Assembly (NCBI GenBank): GCA_002633005.1
Contig: NMRA01000242.1
Location: 470,868 to 534,867, forward strand
Source: Phoronis australis
Taxonomy: Eukaryota > Animalia > Phoronida
DNA: 64,000 bases
Direction: 5' to 3'
How positions within the stretch are numbered: position 1 is the first letter of the stretch; every line of letters starts with the position of its first letter. Positions 49,501 through 63,019 of the stretch are shown piece by piece. The notes beneath the pieces are model-generated. The model was not told the DNA's origin and ran no database searches. It saw only the letters and a list, made by a program, of their open reading frames with translations. The position numbers and the translations under genes were made by a program.

Positions 49501-52035
49501 CAACTTTTGATGGCCATTGCAAAACACTTGATCGTTTATATGGATCCTAGAGCTCGAAGACTAGAAACTGAAGCCATGGCAACACGGTTATGTCCCAAGT
49601 GCTGAGCCATGTCAGGTGAATAAAATGGCATGCTGTGGCAAGTTAACCTATAGAAACTGTCTCAAGAAGTAACAAACTGTAAGAAAATTTTAAGCCTAAA
49701 ATTCACACCGATTTTTATTAAGGAATATTTCGAGATCTATATCATACTTATGATACCTTGTCTAAATGAAAAGTTGGTTTCCATGACAGAAGGCAGGTTT
49801 AAATAAATACTATAAATGCAAATATAGCATAGAGTCTTTACAAGAGCAATTACAAACTTTTGATGCTGATTGTGAGGATGTAGGTGACAAAGACCACAAG
49901 GACAATGGTGAACAACAGCTCTGAATCCCTTCAAGATGACAATAGTGAAATTAGTAAGAAGGTGTTCAGTTTAAAATTCATTCCGAGGCCTCTATACTGA
50001 TAAATCAGACATGTATATATGAATTTGAAATAGGGACATTGAATGGACAGATATAAGCATACAAACGCGAATTTAGGAAAAGAGGGGACTCAGGTCCCAT
50101 TATGGAATTGGAAGGGGTGACTAGGCAAAACAGTGGCTTACAATATGCCGATGGTTGCCAATCATGGGTGTTGATGGTTGTAAATCATGGGTGTCATAGG
50201 CACACACAGTATGCCTTTTTAAAATTGACATGCAAGTGCAGTGAAATTAGTTCTTTGTGAAGCTTGTTCTTGGCCATGCAATATCCCAGTTGCCCTATGT
50301 AAGTAAACACGAGGTAACAAAGGGTTTGTGGTCCTGGCTGAGAAAATGATTGTGTTATTACGCCTATGAGTGTTCAATAGCCAAGCCTGAAATGCTGCAT
50401 TATGAGTGTGATAATAAATTGTTTTAGAGCAATCAAAATAAGATCTTTAGAAGTCGTGATTTCTCCCCACGCCAAAACGATCCACAGAATTTCAACCAGC
50501 AACTGGAGTTATATTGCAGTTAGACTACAGTTGTAAACCAGTTGAAAAATTTCACATGCAAATTAGTAACTTAACAACTGTTCTTTGCTTGATTGTTCAC
50601 CCTCCAAAGCACTGATAAGTTAGAGTAAAAACATCACACTGATATGATCGAAGTAGGGTTTACACAAATTTAATACATATAACTCAAATTTAATACTGTT
50701 TCCTGATTTTCAAAGTGCATTTTATTGTTTTAATATTTAACAGCAGTGACACATGTTGCCAAAATATATACCATACATCGTCTCTAATCGTTCAAAAATT
50801 ATTTGTTTGGTAAGCTGCTTGGCTGTTTTAGTAAATTCAGACGCAGAAGTCTAGGTTCAAACATTTTTTAGAAAAAAAAACTCAGAGATATAAATGCCTC
50901 GGTCTACGTATTTTTTGTAAAAAAATCATTGTGTGTGTGTGCGTGTGAGGGGGAAGTGCTGGTGAATGGTGTTGGTGGCATTGTTAGGGTTTCAGCCCAT
51001 AAATGCGCTAGCCCGCCAGGCCAGTTACTTGAATATGTGATCACACTCACATAGGGCTTATTTGCGAAAGTTTACTGGCCTGGCCGCAAATCCACGGGTC
51101 CCAGGGCACCGTGTATTTCGAACGCTGGGTGGGGGAAACGTGTCGTTGGAATCATGAACACCTTGAAGTATTGGGAACCCCATTTTGGACACCCTATTTT
51201 TGAAATCCTGTATGAATCAGTAGGTAAAATTTGCAGGTGAGACAGGCACATTCTAACCTGACAGCAACATAACAGACTTATAATGTAACATTAATATTAA
51301 CAAAAATTCAGGCTTACATTAGAGCCCGTCGCCTAATCTCTGTATTAGCTACACAACTTGGAAATGGAGCAAGTCCATGACATGAGCAAACTTAAGATTT
51401 GTACTCCAATCATGCGACTTGATTGGCTAATTTTCTGAGGTTGTGAGTTCAAGTAATGTGCTTGGACAGCGCAGGTAGCATGCAACAAGCATTTTTTCCT
51501 AACCTGCACAGTCTAAGATGGAAATACAGAGAAAATGTGGCTCTCATTAACTAAATAAGCTTCAGTTTAGCACACTTATTCTTTTTTAAACTAAATCTAA
51601 TAAGACAGATCAACTAACGGTTGCATGGGCATGTGTAGGTGCTCAGTGCTCTCATAACTGGAAAAATAAAGCAAAACTAATTAGATATTCTCAAGCACAG
51701 CCATGTTGACCAAGACTCGCCACCCAGTTGTACTCACTAGGACCAACAGGGGTATGATCTTTCTTATAAAGTTATTGGCATGGCCAGGTGAGAGGGAGTG
51801 GGCACCATGTCCCCAACACGCCCTAGAAACTTCTCCCGAGGACAATTCTTTACACCAACTGCTACACTGTTTCGCTTGTTAAAATATATCTAAGACTGCA
51901 AATATAATTCATTAATCTGGGCCTGCGTGAATCAGTATTAGGTAGTTTAAAAAACGCCTGTGGCAACAAATCGCAGGACAAAAACTGAACAGCTGATCGA
52001 ATCGTCTCTATTCAAAATGATACGAGTCTGAGATA

Positions 52036-53370
52036 TAGACCGGGATCCCAGAGCTTTTTTGGGCATGAAAAGGTAACCAATTTTCTTTGGTGCCACAGTG
52101 CTCTATGGGTATCCTGATGCTTGGAAATGGCCGTCTGGCAGGTTCGCTCTGGTGGGTGTGGTCAGGGGAGCCAAGAGAATTACACTAAAAAATTGAGCTA
52201 GATCAACTTTTCTGGTAACCACTTAAAACTGTCTTCAATACCTGTTACGTCATCCATTGTATCAAAATTGGTCACTGCCAGACAATTTCAGTGGTGGGGA
52301 GTGCCCGCCAGACGAACATACACAGGGTGCAAAAATTGAGCTAGATCAATCCAAGAGGTAACCGCTTGAAACCAGTCTCAAAATATTCACCGTAAGCACA
52401 GGTATCACGAATGAACACTGCCAGACAAATCTAGTGGTGGGTTATCCCCGGCAGACACGACCAAATACCAGAATTGAGCTAGATCAACCCATCAGGTAAC
52501 CGTGTGAAACCAATTGCACGATGTTCAGCATCACTGAACATGGCACAACAGTTAGATGCCAGACAATGTCAGTGGTGGGGTGGTCCTGCCAGACGATTAT
52601 CAAAAAGGGTTAAAAATTGAGCTAGATCAACCCAAGAGGTAACCGCCTAAGTCCAGCTCCAAAATATTCACCGTAAGCCAAGGTATCACGAATAAACACT
52701 GCCAGACAAATCTAGTGGTGGGTTAGCCCCGCCAGACACGTCCAAATACATGAATTGAGCTAGATCAACCCAAGAGGTAACCGCATGAAACCAGTTGCAA
52801 AATATTCGCCGTAAGCCCAGGTATCAAGAATAAATAGTGCCAGACAAATCTAGTCGTGGGTTATCCCCGCCAGACACGCCCAACATCGTGCAATTGGTTT
52901 CAAACGGTTATCTGATGGGTTGATCTAGCTCAATTCTGGTATTTGGGCGTGTCTGGCGGGGGTAACCCACCACTAGATTTGTCTGGCAGTGTTCATTCGT
53001 GATACCTGTGCTTACGATGAATATTTTGCGACTGGTTTCAAACGGTTACCTCTTGGATTGATCTAGCTCAATTTTTGTACCCTGTATATGTTCGTCTGGC
53101 GGGTACTCCCCACCACTGAAATTGTCTGGCAGTGACCAATTTTGATACAATGGATGACGTAACAGGTATTGAAGGCAGTTTTAAGTGGTTAGCAGAAAAG
53201 TTGATCTAGCTCAATTTTTAGTGCAATTCTCTTGGCTCCCCTGACCCCACCCACCAGAGCGAACCTGCCAGACGGCCATTTCCAAGCATCAGGATACCCA
53301 TAGAGCACTGTGGCACCAAAGAAAATTGGTTACCTTTTCATGCCCAAAAAAGCTTTGGGATCCTGGTCTA
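52036..53370. mobile_element. Foldback element: ~490-bp near-perfect inverted arms built from ~140-bp tandem units
   Basis: Ends TAGACCGGGATCCCAGAGCTTTTTTGGGC... / ...GCCCAAAAAAGCTTTGGGATCCTGGTCTA. AATTGAGCTAGATCAA occurs 5x forward and 3x reverse. The same terminus occurs at 16159-16183. Confidence 0.9.
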
Positions 53371-53899
53371 GTATGCCGCCTGAGATCTGTTACCCAGTGA
53401 ATGCTCTAAGCGTGTCTTCATTGTTTCCCACCTTTCGAACGAGTCGTTTATGTACATGGTTTGTTAGTAATGCCACTTTTTGTACTGACTAAATCGTCTT
53501 TTTTCCGATTCTGGCTCAGCAGGACGATTAGCTGCGTTTCACCTTCGGCAGTTCACGACCAGTCTCCCCCATTTGTATTTCCGTTGACCTCTGTAGCTGC
53601 GCATGGGTTGTTGTGCTATATTTTGTATTTTAATGACTACCCTTTCTCATTCGATGTAGACATTTCATTCCTTCGTAGTATTAAAAACATTTTTTGGCAT
53701 TTTTTGCACGTGGTGTTCAGAGTTAATAACTTTTTGAACTTCATGCCATACCAAAATTTGCTAAATTGACGTTAAGAGTTTTTTGTTTGCAATTTGGACC
53801 ATAGGCTTTTAAACAAGATAAGGGGTTAATTACGCATAAGGGAAATTAGGGATGAAAATCAATAATAGACACACATATTATTCTCAGCACTAGATAATT

Positions 53900-54740
53900 T
53901 AGTGAATGAAAAGGAAGTTACTAGGAGTTAAAAAATTTTGGGATTGAACATTTTGATGGTGATGGGGAGTTCATCCCAAGCTAGAGTTCTGTTAAAATGA
54001 AATGACGCCAAGACTCACTAAAACGAGTTTGGAGTGAGCCAACACTATTGCAAGTGTTGTATCTGTGATATGAGGGAGTTAATGTAAAGCAAGTATGGAG
54101 GAGCGGAGGCATGGAAAATGGTATACATCAAGCGAAGTTTAAGAAAAGTTGCTCTCGAAGAAAAGGGGAGAATGACTTTGTTTGCTTGTAGTTATACAGA
54201 CGCTCCAATATGAGTTTTAGGGTGAAGGTTCAGCAGGAACCTAATAATTTTACTTTGACAGCGCTGAAATTCGTCTTTATTTGCTTTGGACAATCCTGAA
54301 CACCATGAACAGCAAGCGTAGTCGAAATGACACAGAATGAAAGTAGAAACTGACATAAGTTTAGTATAGTAACGATTTCTAAATGGTTACAGTGGCGGTA
54401 TAAAAACTTTTAAGACTTAAAAGTCTATAGCTTTATTAAGAATATTTTCAGCAACTATTTTACCTGAGAGCGACTGGTCATGGTGAACCAGATATTAAGT
54501 AGATGAGACAGATTTAATAATCTCTGCGTCACATGTGATAGCAGTACCTTTGGTTTGGAACAGTTTAATTTTAGAGCTAAAAAGAATGCTCTCTGTCTTA
54601 GTGGTACACGATTTTTGTTTTACCAGACGCCCCCTGTTTGACGATCTTCAATATCAGTGAAATTCTTCGCAAAGTAAAGTAATGCTGAATCATCAACGTA
54701 GAGAAAATGCTTACAATCGACTGCTTTGTGCATGTCATTA
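53900..54740 (-). mobile_element. L2/Crack-like LINE RT fragment
   Basis: NDMHKAVDCKHFLYVDDSALL, KTESILF and ILCHFDYACCSW motifs; decayed. Confidence 0.75.
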
Positions 54741-55804
54741 AAGGCCTATGGTTGGAGTTATAGAAAAACCTCTTAACGCAGTTTTAGCCATTTTTTGGTG
54801 TGACATAAAGCTCTTATTTATTAAGTTTGAACAGGTGAAAAAATCGCTGTAAATACTACGAAGGAATGAAATGTTTACAAGGAATAAAAGGATAGTCATT
54901 AAAATACACACAAATATTACAACAACGCATGCTCAGCCACAGAGGTCAACAGAAATACAAATGACGGTGACTGGTAGTGAATGAGATAAATATTGTTTAT
55001 TGGGTAATGTACGACCGAAGGCCAAAGGCGGTCGTCCTGCTCTACGAGATTTGGAAAAAAGATAAGTTAGTGAGAACAATTTGCGGCATTAACAACAAAC
55101 CGTGTACCTAAGCGACTCGTTACTTTCGAAAGGTGTCAAATGTTCAGTGATTCGTATATACGCCTACAGCATTCACTGGATAACTGATCTCAATCGGCAT
55201 GCATCAGACCCGAATCATTTTGAAGAGAGGTAATTCTATCAGCTGTTCAGTTTTTGTTCTGCGATTTGTTGCCTCATGGATACTTCCGCTTACTAACTAT
55301 CCAATACGGATTCACGCTGGCTCAGATTAGTAGTTTACACTTGCGAGTGTTAGATTGATTTTAACAAGCAGTGTAGCAGTTGGTGTAATGAATTGCCCTG
55401 GAGGGGGGGGGGGGGGTTTGTAGGGCGTGTTACGGACATGCTGCCTACTCTCCCTCATCTGGCCATACCAATATCTTTATTAGAAAGCTCATATCCACGA
55501 TGGTCGTAGTGAGTACACTAGGTGTCGAGTCTTGGTCAGCATAGCTATACTTGAGAGTTCATGTATCAATTTAATTTTGCTTCATTTTTTCAGTTATGAG
55601 AGGACTGAGCACCGGATTGTTCTGAAACCCCCCCGACCACCACACCTCTCGACCCACGATCCCTTGAAACTCACAACCCCCTCGAACCACGACCCACGAC
55701 CCTTGATCCCATCGACTCACGACCAAGAATCCCGTCGATCCTGTCTACACCACAGGCGTCCTCAGCTTCTGATCGTCCCCAATAGTCAATACACTATATA
55801 TACT

Positions 55805-56010
55805 ACAAGGTATGACACTCCGGACTAGAAATTCCACGGGTGCTTCACTTCAGCCGTCCATAGCAAACATAAAACTCAATAAATTTACACAAAACAGAGG
55901 TTCAACAAACCATGAAGAATTGTTCTTTCTCCCAATATCATTTACGTTGTCCAGATCTACCGAGTTCGCAAGGAATTTGAGGTCAAAGCACAAAAATCTT
56001 CCCAAAAAGC
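55805..56010. repeat. Dispersed repeat; inverted copy at 58385-58555 interrupts the Gypsy fragment
   Basis: GGTATGACACTCCGGAC.AGAAATTCCACGGGTGCTTCACTTCAGCCGTCCATAGCAAAC is reverse-complemented near 58493-58551. It is preceded by CGACCCACGACCC micro-repeats also seen at 1316-1380. Confidence 0.75.
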
Positions 56011-58049
56011 TCGTCCGGAGCAACTCCTTGGTCCCACGCGCAGGGTACGGAATTATCCGATGAGTTACGGATGAACGGCAATTGCCGAGTTATCGATGCC
56101 GTGACTTTACATGGCGAGCCGTTATCCCCCGTTATGTACGTAGAGCCCGAGTGGATTTTGGAGAATTCTAAAAAATCCACGAGGTATAATTCGATTTATT
56201 ACATGTCATAAAGCAACTCATGTTTGCACGTACATTTATGTATTGTTGAGAACTACTGAAGTGAAAGGCATTTGATATTGTGCACGCCAAACTTCGGCAC
56301 AGAAAATCCATTTTGTTCGTTAATGTGATTACGTCATTGCTGTTAAACCTGCTACAAAGCTGCCTTCCTTCAAATAAACCAACTCTTGATTTTGACCATT
56401 TGTTGTCTCGGCCCATTCATTACTCAATGTACAGGCGATTCCTGGAATTAGAAAGAACTGACAATTCGTTATAGCTCAAGCCTCAGCTTATCAAGTTGGC
56501 TTGAAACCGTTGTCATTGTTTCTAGGTCAATCATCTGTAATCCAACAAACCCATCCTCACCTGGGTAAAGAAACTTACTGAAAGGAAGTTTGACGTGGAA
56601 AATGGTCTAAATCAAAAGTTATGTGATTATTGATGTAATGTGGGTTTGTAGCAGCTTTCATAATTCTGTTGCATTACACTTAAAAGTCCTCATCCGATTT
56701 TCAGAATGAAACCTGGAAATGGTATTAGGCATAAATTTTGTTTATTCGTACTATCATAATGAAATCACATTGATCTGAGTACTAAGTATTATGCAAAACG
56801 AATACATGCATTAGACACATATAGCACTGAATCTGAGTAAATGACATCACGTTTGATAATTACAAGCAAAGTAGATGAATCAGTACGATTTGTGACATAA
56901 CCCTTGTATTGCGAAAGTATGTTGCGGTAGGCGCCTGTTGTTGTAGTCAATACCTTTGTCGAAGGCCAGAACATCATTGCAGTAGACTCCTGCCAATTCC
57001 TCATTTATGAGAAGGAAACCAAAAGTTCTGAATCAAAAATAAAAATAAAATTTCTTCATTGCCATAAAAAGAGGAAAAAATCAGCCATTGCCCAGTGTAC
57101 TGCAACAGCTGAATACATTATAGAAGGTATTGTTGGCAATGCATTGTCATGGCTGTTTTGGTTATTCCAAACGTCATGTCAGCAGTGTTTTCTTTCACAG
57201 TCACATGTATGCATAGTGAAGGTGCTTAACTGGATTTCGAAAACTGTCTTTGTAAGAAATACTCACAGGCATGGGCAAAATACATGTGACGGGTTGCTTC
57301 TTAAAGTTCTTTTCATTGTAGCAGACACTTCGCAGCATCTGCCACAGGCACACCATGATGAAAATCACAGCTACTGATACCCACCACCACCCAGTGAGCA
57401 TGGACACGTCAACTTGAAAACAATGCTTTCACCCTGAGATATACTTATGTGAAGCTGAAAAAAACAAACCACATTATTTTTGAGTTGAAGTTGAAACATG
57501 ACCTCAACATGAAGAGGAATGCTGTTTTCAACAACATTCTTGTGGGTGTCAGCATACCTGCAAACTGGACAGTTGTTGTTCTTCAAAAAGCCAGTGGTCC
57601 ATTTTAATGAAGATTTAAGTCTTCATAATTTTCAGCATTTCATGTGGCCCATTTTTAGTGATAGTTAGAAATGTATTTTATTAAAGATTTTCAGTTTAAT
57701 TTCCTATTGAGCTTGTGTTATTACTGACGAAAGAAAACAAGAGGCACTCGATAACACAAAGGTTATATAGAAATCGGTTCTATTGTTTAACGAAACGAGA
57801 GTGTTTCTTGCCTTGAATTCAAAGCATACCTGCATGAGAAGAGACCCAACATCAATTGCCATCCAAGCCTATTCCTCTGCACATGGCTCAGTACTCTAAT
57901 TATGTTGTCACTGTTGCATTTGTCGTGTTGTTTGTTGCTGGTGCAGTGGTGATGCACATTACGATGACCCTTTTTACATTACAATGCTACAAAATGCCAG
58001 TCTGAGGAGTACATGGGTAACATTGATCAATACATTACATAGGATACAC

Positions 58050-58910
58050 ATTTATACTGGAACCGTGATCTCGTTCAATTTACGAAAACGTAAGCAAAAT
58101 CGCAACGCTACAGATGTCTTACGCACTAAGACAATACTAGAAGCATATGGACTAGTGGACGGTCTGATAACCCCCAGTTGCAACATATCCTTTAAGTGAG
58201 CTCTAACTTCATCCAACATGTTAGGAGGAATAGAGCTGTGTTGGTGTTTAAAAGGAGCATCGCTTGTCAAACGTATCTTATGCAGAACCTGAGTAACATG
58301 ACCAAGACCCAAATCATTCTCCGCAAAAATATCGGATGTTCATTGAGTAAGTTTACCACTCGGGGGTGCTTCTCAATACCTAAATCTGGGAAGATTTTTG
58401 TGCTTTGACCGCGAATTTATTGCGAACTCGGTGGAGCTGGACACTGTAAATGGTATTGTTGAACCTCTGTTTTTTGAAAATTGAGTTTTGTGTTTGCTAT
58501 GGACGGCTGAAGTGAAGCACCCGTGGAATTTCTGGTCCGGAGTGTCATACCATGTACGCTTTTTATTGCCCATCTTTCCAGAGATTATTATTTTATCTTT
58601 ATGTTATTTGTATACTCATATTTCTGTACCTTATCAGTCATAATAAATGACCTTACATCGCCTATACACGGTCTCCTTTGTAGCTCTGGAAACCGGAGCT
58701 TGCGACGGACCAATTATTTTCGGGACATAATCCGAACATAAATATTTAGTGTATTGGGGATGATCAGAAGCTGAGGACGCCTGTGTCTGAAATAGGCAGC
58801 ACAGAAAAACCACAATATGCTGACACAAGCTCTCAGAGATCGTACTTACTCGGGAACCTGTATCGAGTAAACATACACATCTCGCATTTGCAGTCATGAA
58901 TTCCATTTCA
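58050..58910 (-). mobile_element. Gypsy/Ty3 LTR retrotransposon pol fragments (protease + RT N-terminus)
   Basis: CLLDTGSRVSTISES (aspartic protease); HKIRL...EVRAHLKDMLQLGVIRPSTSPYASSIVLVRK..LRFC..FRKLN (RT). Confidence 0.85.
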
Positions 58911-59867
58911 AAGGACTCTCCTACTTAGGCAATGACCATCGCCTCTGCTGGCCCTACCAGTTGAGGCGATGAAGCTCCTATAGGGGCTCCATACACCGAA
59001 CGCTTTTCGGCGAATTATGCCTCGCGGCACCGACTAAAACATCAAAGTCACGTTGTTATAAATACCTTTTGCGCATAGAGGGACACCTTACGAGGTTGTC
59101 GATGAGTTTAATTCCTTCCAACTCAAACAAATATTCCCGTTAACAAACTTTTTCTTCGAGCAGTACCTCGTTCAGTTCCCAAAATCGTGAACTCACCATT
59201 TTCACTCAGCGCACGCCAAGAGACATGACCTCATTCTTTTAACCAGGCCGAAGGTAAGAAGTTGCGGTCCTACCGGCGAACTTTGAAAGCTGAAGTCCCG
59301 GCCCATTGCGTGCTGCCGGGAACCAGTCGTACATTTGAAAGTGTTGTTAAGACGTGGGCGGCGCACCATAGGGGCTGGAGGGGGCTATAGCCCTCACTTT
59401 TTCAGTGCTGTGCCACCCATAAAAGAACAATTAATTTTGCTGAAGGCTCGATCGACAAATTTCGCGGTCATAGTACCGGTTTTGTTATCCGTTAACAGGC
59501 CCAGGAGGAAGGAAAAAAATTGGGGGTGGGGGGGGGGCACAAAACAATTTCAGTTCGCCAACCTACCCCCTTGCTTTTGCCACTTTCTCCATCCACTCAC
59601 CCCTGCGTTCTCTGTATGTCACAAAATTTATACCATAGGTGGAGGTAATACCGAGGATGCAGCCGTGAGGATTTGAGTAACCGTGAACCAACAAAGTTTC
59701 ACGGAGAGTAAGAATGGGTCTAGGTCCTGGGCACTGACGGGTATAGCTAGGAGCTGCCTGAAGTGACTATATGTGGGTTCCAGCAGTGGATTCGTACCCA
59801 TTCTTCAATTCTGGGTTGAAGGTCGAGGTTTGCTTTATTATGATCCAGTTTCGGTGAAAACTTCATT

Positions 59868-60252
59868 TTATTATGCGCCCACATATTTATATGTGGACGC
59901 ATTATGCCGTCATCTCCGTCCGTCCGTCCGTCCGTCCGTCCGTCCGTCCGGGCGGCGTCCGGCGTCTGGCGTCCGGCGTCCGCTGCTCTATCTCCAAAAC
60001 CCTTTGACATACGTTCATGAAATTTGGCACATATGTTCCATTCATGAATGGGACGGCATGTGCGAACTTTCGGACGGATCCGACTACCGGTGTGCCCCCT
60101 AGTGGCAATTTTAGTTTTTTACGCTTACCTTTGTATCTTCAAAAGTCCTGAACGGATTTTCATGAAATTTGGTATGTAGGCACCTAGTAGTGAGATGACG
60201 CTATCCTGCCGTTTTCAGATGGATTCGACATAGTTTGCGCCACCTAGTGGCC
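59868..60252 (+). mobile_element. Helentron-associated interspersed element (HINE/DINE-1-like) 5' end
   Basis: TTATTATGCGCCCACATAT-TT-ATATGTGGACGCAT hairpin, then a (CCGT)n microsatellite, then ATGAAATTTGG-containing internal repeats running into the gap. Confidence 0.7.
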
Positions 60253-60594
60253 NNNNNNNNNNNNNNNNNNNNNNNNNNNNNNNNNNNNNNNNNNNNNNNN
60301 NNNNNNNNNNNNNNNNNNNNNNNNNNNNNNNNNNNNNNNNNNNNNNNNNNNNNNNNNNNNNNNNNNNNNNNNNNNNNNNNNNNNNNNNNNNNNNNNNNNN
60401 NNNNNNNNNNNNNNNNNNNNNNNNNNNNNNNNNNNNNNNNNNNNNNNNNNNNNNNNNNNNNNNNNNNNNNNNNNNNNNNNNNNNNNNNNNNNNNNNNNNN
60501 NNNNNNNNNNNNNNNNNNNNNNNNNNNNNNNNNNNNNNNNNNNNNNNNNNNNNNNNNNNNNNNNNNNNNNNNNNNNNNNNNNNNNNNNNNNNNN
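60253..60594. other. Assembly gap (342 N)
   Basis: Seen directly. Confidence 1.
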
Positions 60595-61559
60595 CTATGC
60601 TAATCTCGTATGTTGGTAAATTTGTTTTTATTCTATGTTTCTGTGGTGCTTTAAGCAACTGGTGTATAGGATGTGCTTGTATTATGAAGATTACTCACAT
60701 TTTGCCCCTAGCCTATTGAGGAGACAATGACCATGCCTTTCCATTTTGCTAAGTACAACATACTACATATATGCTCTCTACTGGCCACTTTGTGGTACCA
60801 ATAAACAACCCTAGAAGGATACCGTATGCGGTGCAATTGTGGGCGCATTTCAACGCTCTGCGTTGCTCTTGTTATGGGAATTCTTTGAAGTAATTTTCCG
60901 GAAAGTTGAGGTTCCGAGGTGCCTGGTATGAGTGCCTTTGTGGCCGTTTTAGAATCCCTTGATGAAACACGGCCGGTAGTCCAGTTTCTGATTGCTGGGG
61001 GAAAAGATACAGAGTGTGTCCCAAAAATTTCACACTTCAACGTCTGGAGTTCAAATTCAGTTCCCGTGGGTAACTGAGAGTCTACGCAGGCCTACCGCAT
61101 GGTTATACCTTATTTTTAACGCGGGTATGCTATGCATGCGCGCACCCAGGGGGGTGGCTCGGGGGGCTCAAAAGTGGGAAGAAAGGTCCGCCTCAAAGAA
61201 ACACAAAATCCGAGAAAAACGAGACAAATCAACTAAGGAAGGAATTCGGCGTATGCACAATTCATAGCCCTAAACTAACCCCGTATTCCGTTTTTTCTTT
61301 AGTAAAAGGTCCACATCCTCAAGCAAAAGATTCCGTTTTGAAGAACAAAAATTCAATGCGCAATACTACTGGAAACAAAACATCAAGGGTGTGCAAAGAA
61401 AACCTTTCCAATTTGATGATCAATGAGTTTAAGTACTTTTAAGTACATCGAAAAAAAAGTTTAAAAACTTTTTTTTCGATGTACAGTTTGTTAACTTAAA
61501 CCCAGTACATCTAGTTCCTAAGCCAATAAAAAATTAATGTCATTTGAATTGTAAGAACA

Positions 61560-62180
61560 TTTTGGGACACTTTCTAGAGCTGAACGAAATTCATCAATTT
61601 CCTTGAGACTTATTTCAGATAGATAAAACTCGTTTAGTGTACTTTTATATTTGGGGATCTGATGTCGAATTCTCCTAAAGTTGGCCTGCAACTAAGTTCA
61701 TTGGAGCATTGTCATTTCTTACAAGATTAGCTCCTAATTGTCAAAAAGTTACCTCTCAGTCAGTTCATTTTCATAGATACATAAATGTTTAAATCAGAAA
61801 CCAGCAATCAAATCCATGAGCAATGCATTTACCTAGATTTAATGACTTAATTCCTTTTTAATCCCCTGTTAATGAGTTTAAACAACAAATCTTGTACCGA
61901 ATTTAAAAAGCAATGCATTTATTGTCATTTGTATTTTGAGTAAATTTTTGGGAAGTGTCCAAATTTCACCAATGTCTTTGAGACTTAGTTTTAGATAGGC
62001 AAAAAGCGTCTAAATGCACTTTACTATTTAGTGATCGGATAATAGAGTTTTTTCCTATTCAGGCTTCAAATTAATTCCCTGGATCGTAATCATTTCTTAC
62101 AAGATTAGCTTGTAATTGCCAACAATCCACTATTAACCTGTCGGTTTTCGTAGATACACAAACTTGTAAATCAGAAACCA
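61560..62180. repeat. Diverged ~380-bp direct duplication
   Basis: TTGAGACTTA, TCATTTCTTACAAGATTAGCT and TAAATCAGAAACCA each occur twice in the same order. Confidence 0.65.
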
Positions 62181-63019
62181 ACGAATTTGTTGATCAAAAC
62201 GGAATGTTAAAGGCATTGTCCCCATGCTCGCAGATTTTTGACGGGTAACCGGGGGAAAATGGGAGATTAGGGGTAAGGTGTACTTTTGGTCCTTTCCGTG
62301 GTACCTATAACGGTTCACAAGTTGAACTTGAGCTAAAAAAAGCTGAAAATTTTGTTTATTATTGCGAGTATATGAGTACATTCGTTCGACATGTACATTG
62401 TCAACCCAATGGTAGTCTCGACAGTAGTGTTTTACACATGTGGGAAATCCTTGCCAACAACTCAGAGTAACCATTTTCAAAAGAGACACTATTCTACTGA
62501 TGCTATGGAAAACAATAACATTATTCTATAACTAACCATCGGAAATAGGCCTTTTTATGCAATTCGCAAATAACAGTCTTCAAGTTCTTCAAAATTCCAC
62601 GCTTTCGGAAGCGGTCAATCCTATTGTATTTTTTCACATTTTTGGTTGTTTGGGTGGAATGTCTTGCTACTGCTGTGCTGTTCACGAATCCTGTGTTTTT
62701 GATGAATTTGGAATCTTAACTTCTCTCGTGAATACTTGGCAGTGTCGGATTTACATGAATAGAGGGTCAAAGGGAACTATCTCCGAACTGCTCCACCGAG
62801 GGAGGGTCCCGTCTGAAATGGGACACTTTAATTATGAAAGGCTAAGCATCATTAAGTTTGGAAAATAGTGACAGTTCTTTCCACCGTCGTGTGGTCACAA
62901 GACGGTACAGGAAGTGATCTTCTTCAACATAAAAGTGGGTTGCACGACTTCACAAAAAAACAGGAAACTAGACGTAATCGAGTCCAACTTTGGGCCCTCT
63001 ATCCGTGGTTAAACATGAC

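Larger units (their letters stand above)
46700..57440. repeat. Old large inverted duplication (46700-47560 vs 56620-57440; 51600-53800 vs 54830-55620)
   Basis: Reverse-complement matches, e.g. TGTCCGTGCTCACTGGGTGGTGGTGGGTA (46756) vs TACCCACCACCACCCAGTGAGCATGGACA (57378); AAAAACTGAACAGCTGAT vs ATCAGCTGTTCAGTTTTT; GTTGACCTCTGT vs ACAGAGGTCAAC. Confidence 0.8.

Noticed and set aside
52190-52880. Conserved boxes plus variable spacers resembling a CRISPR array
   Set aside because: Eukaryotic context, no cas genes, the spacers are homologous to each other, and the array lies inside a TIR element.
60215-60658. ORFs spanning X runs
   Set aside because: Artefacts of the N gap.
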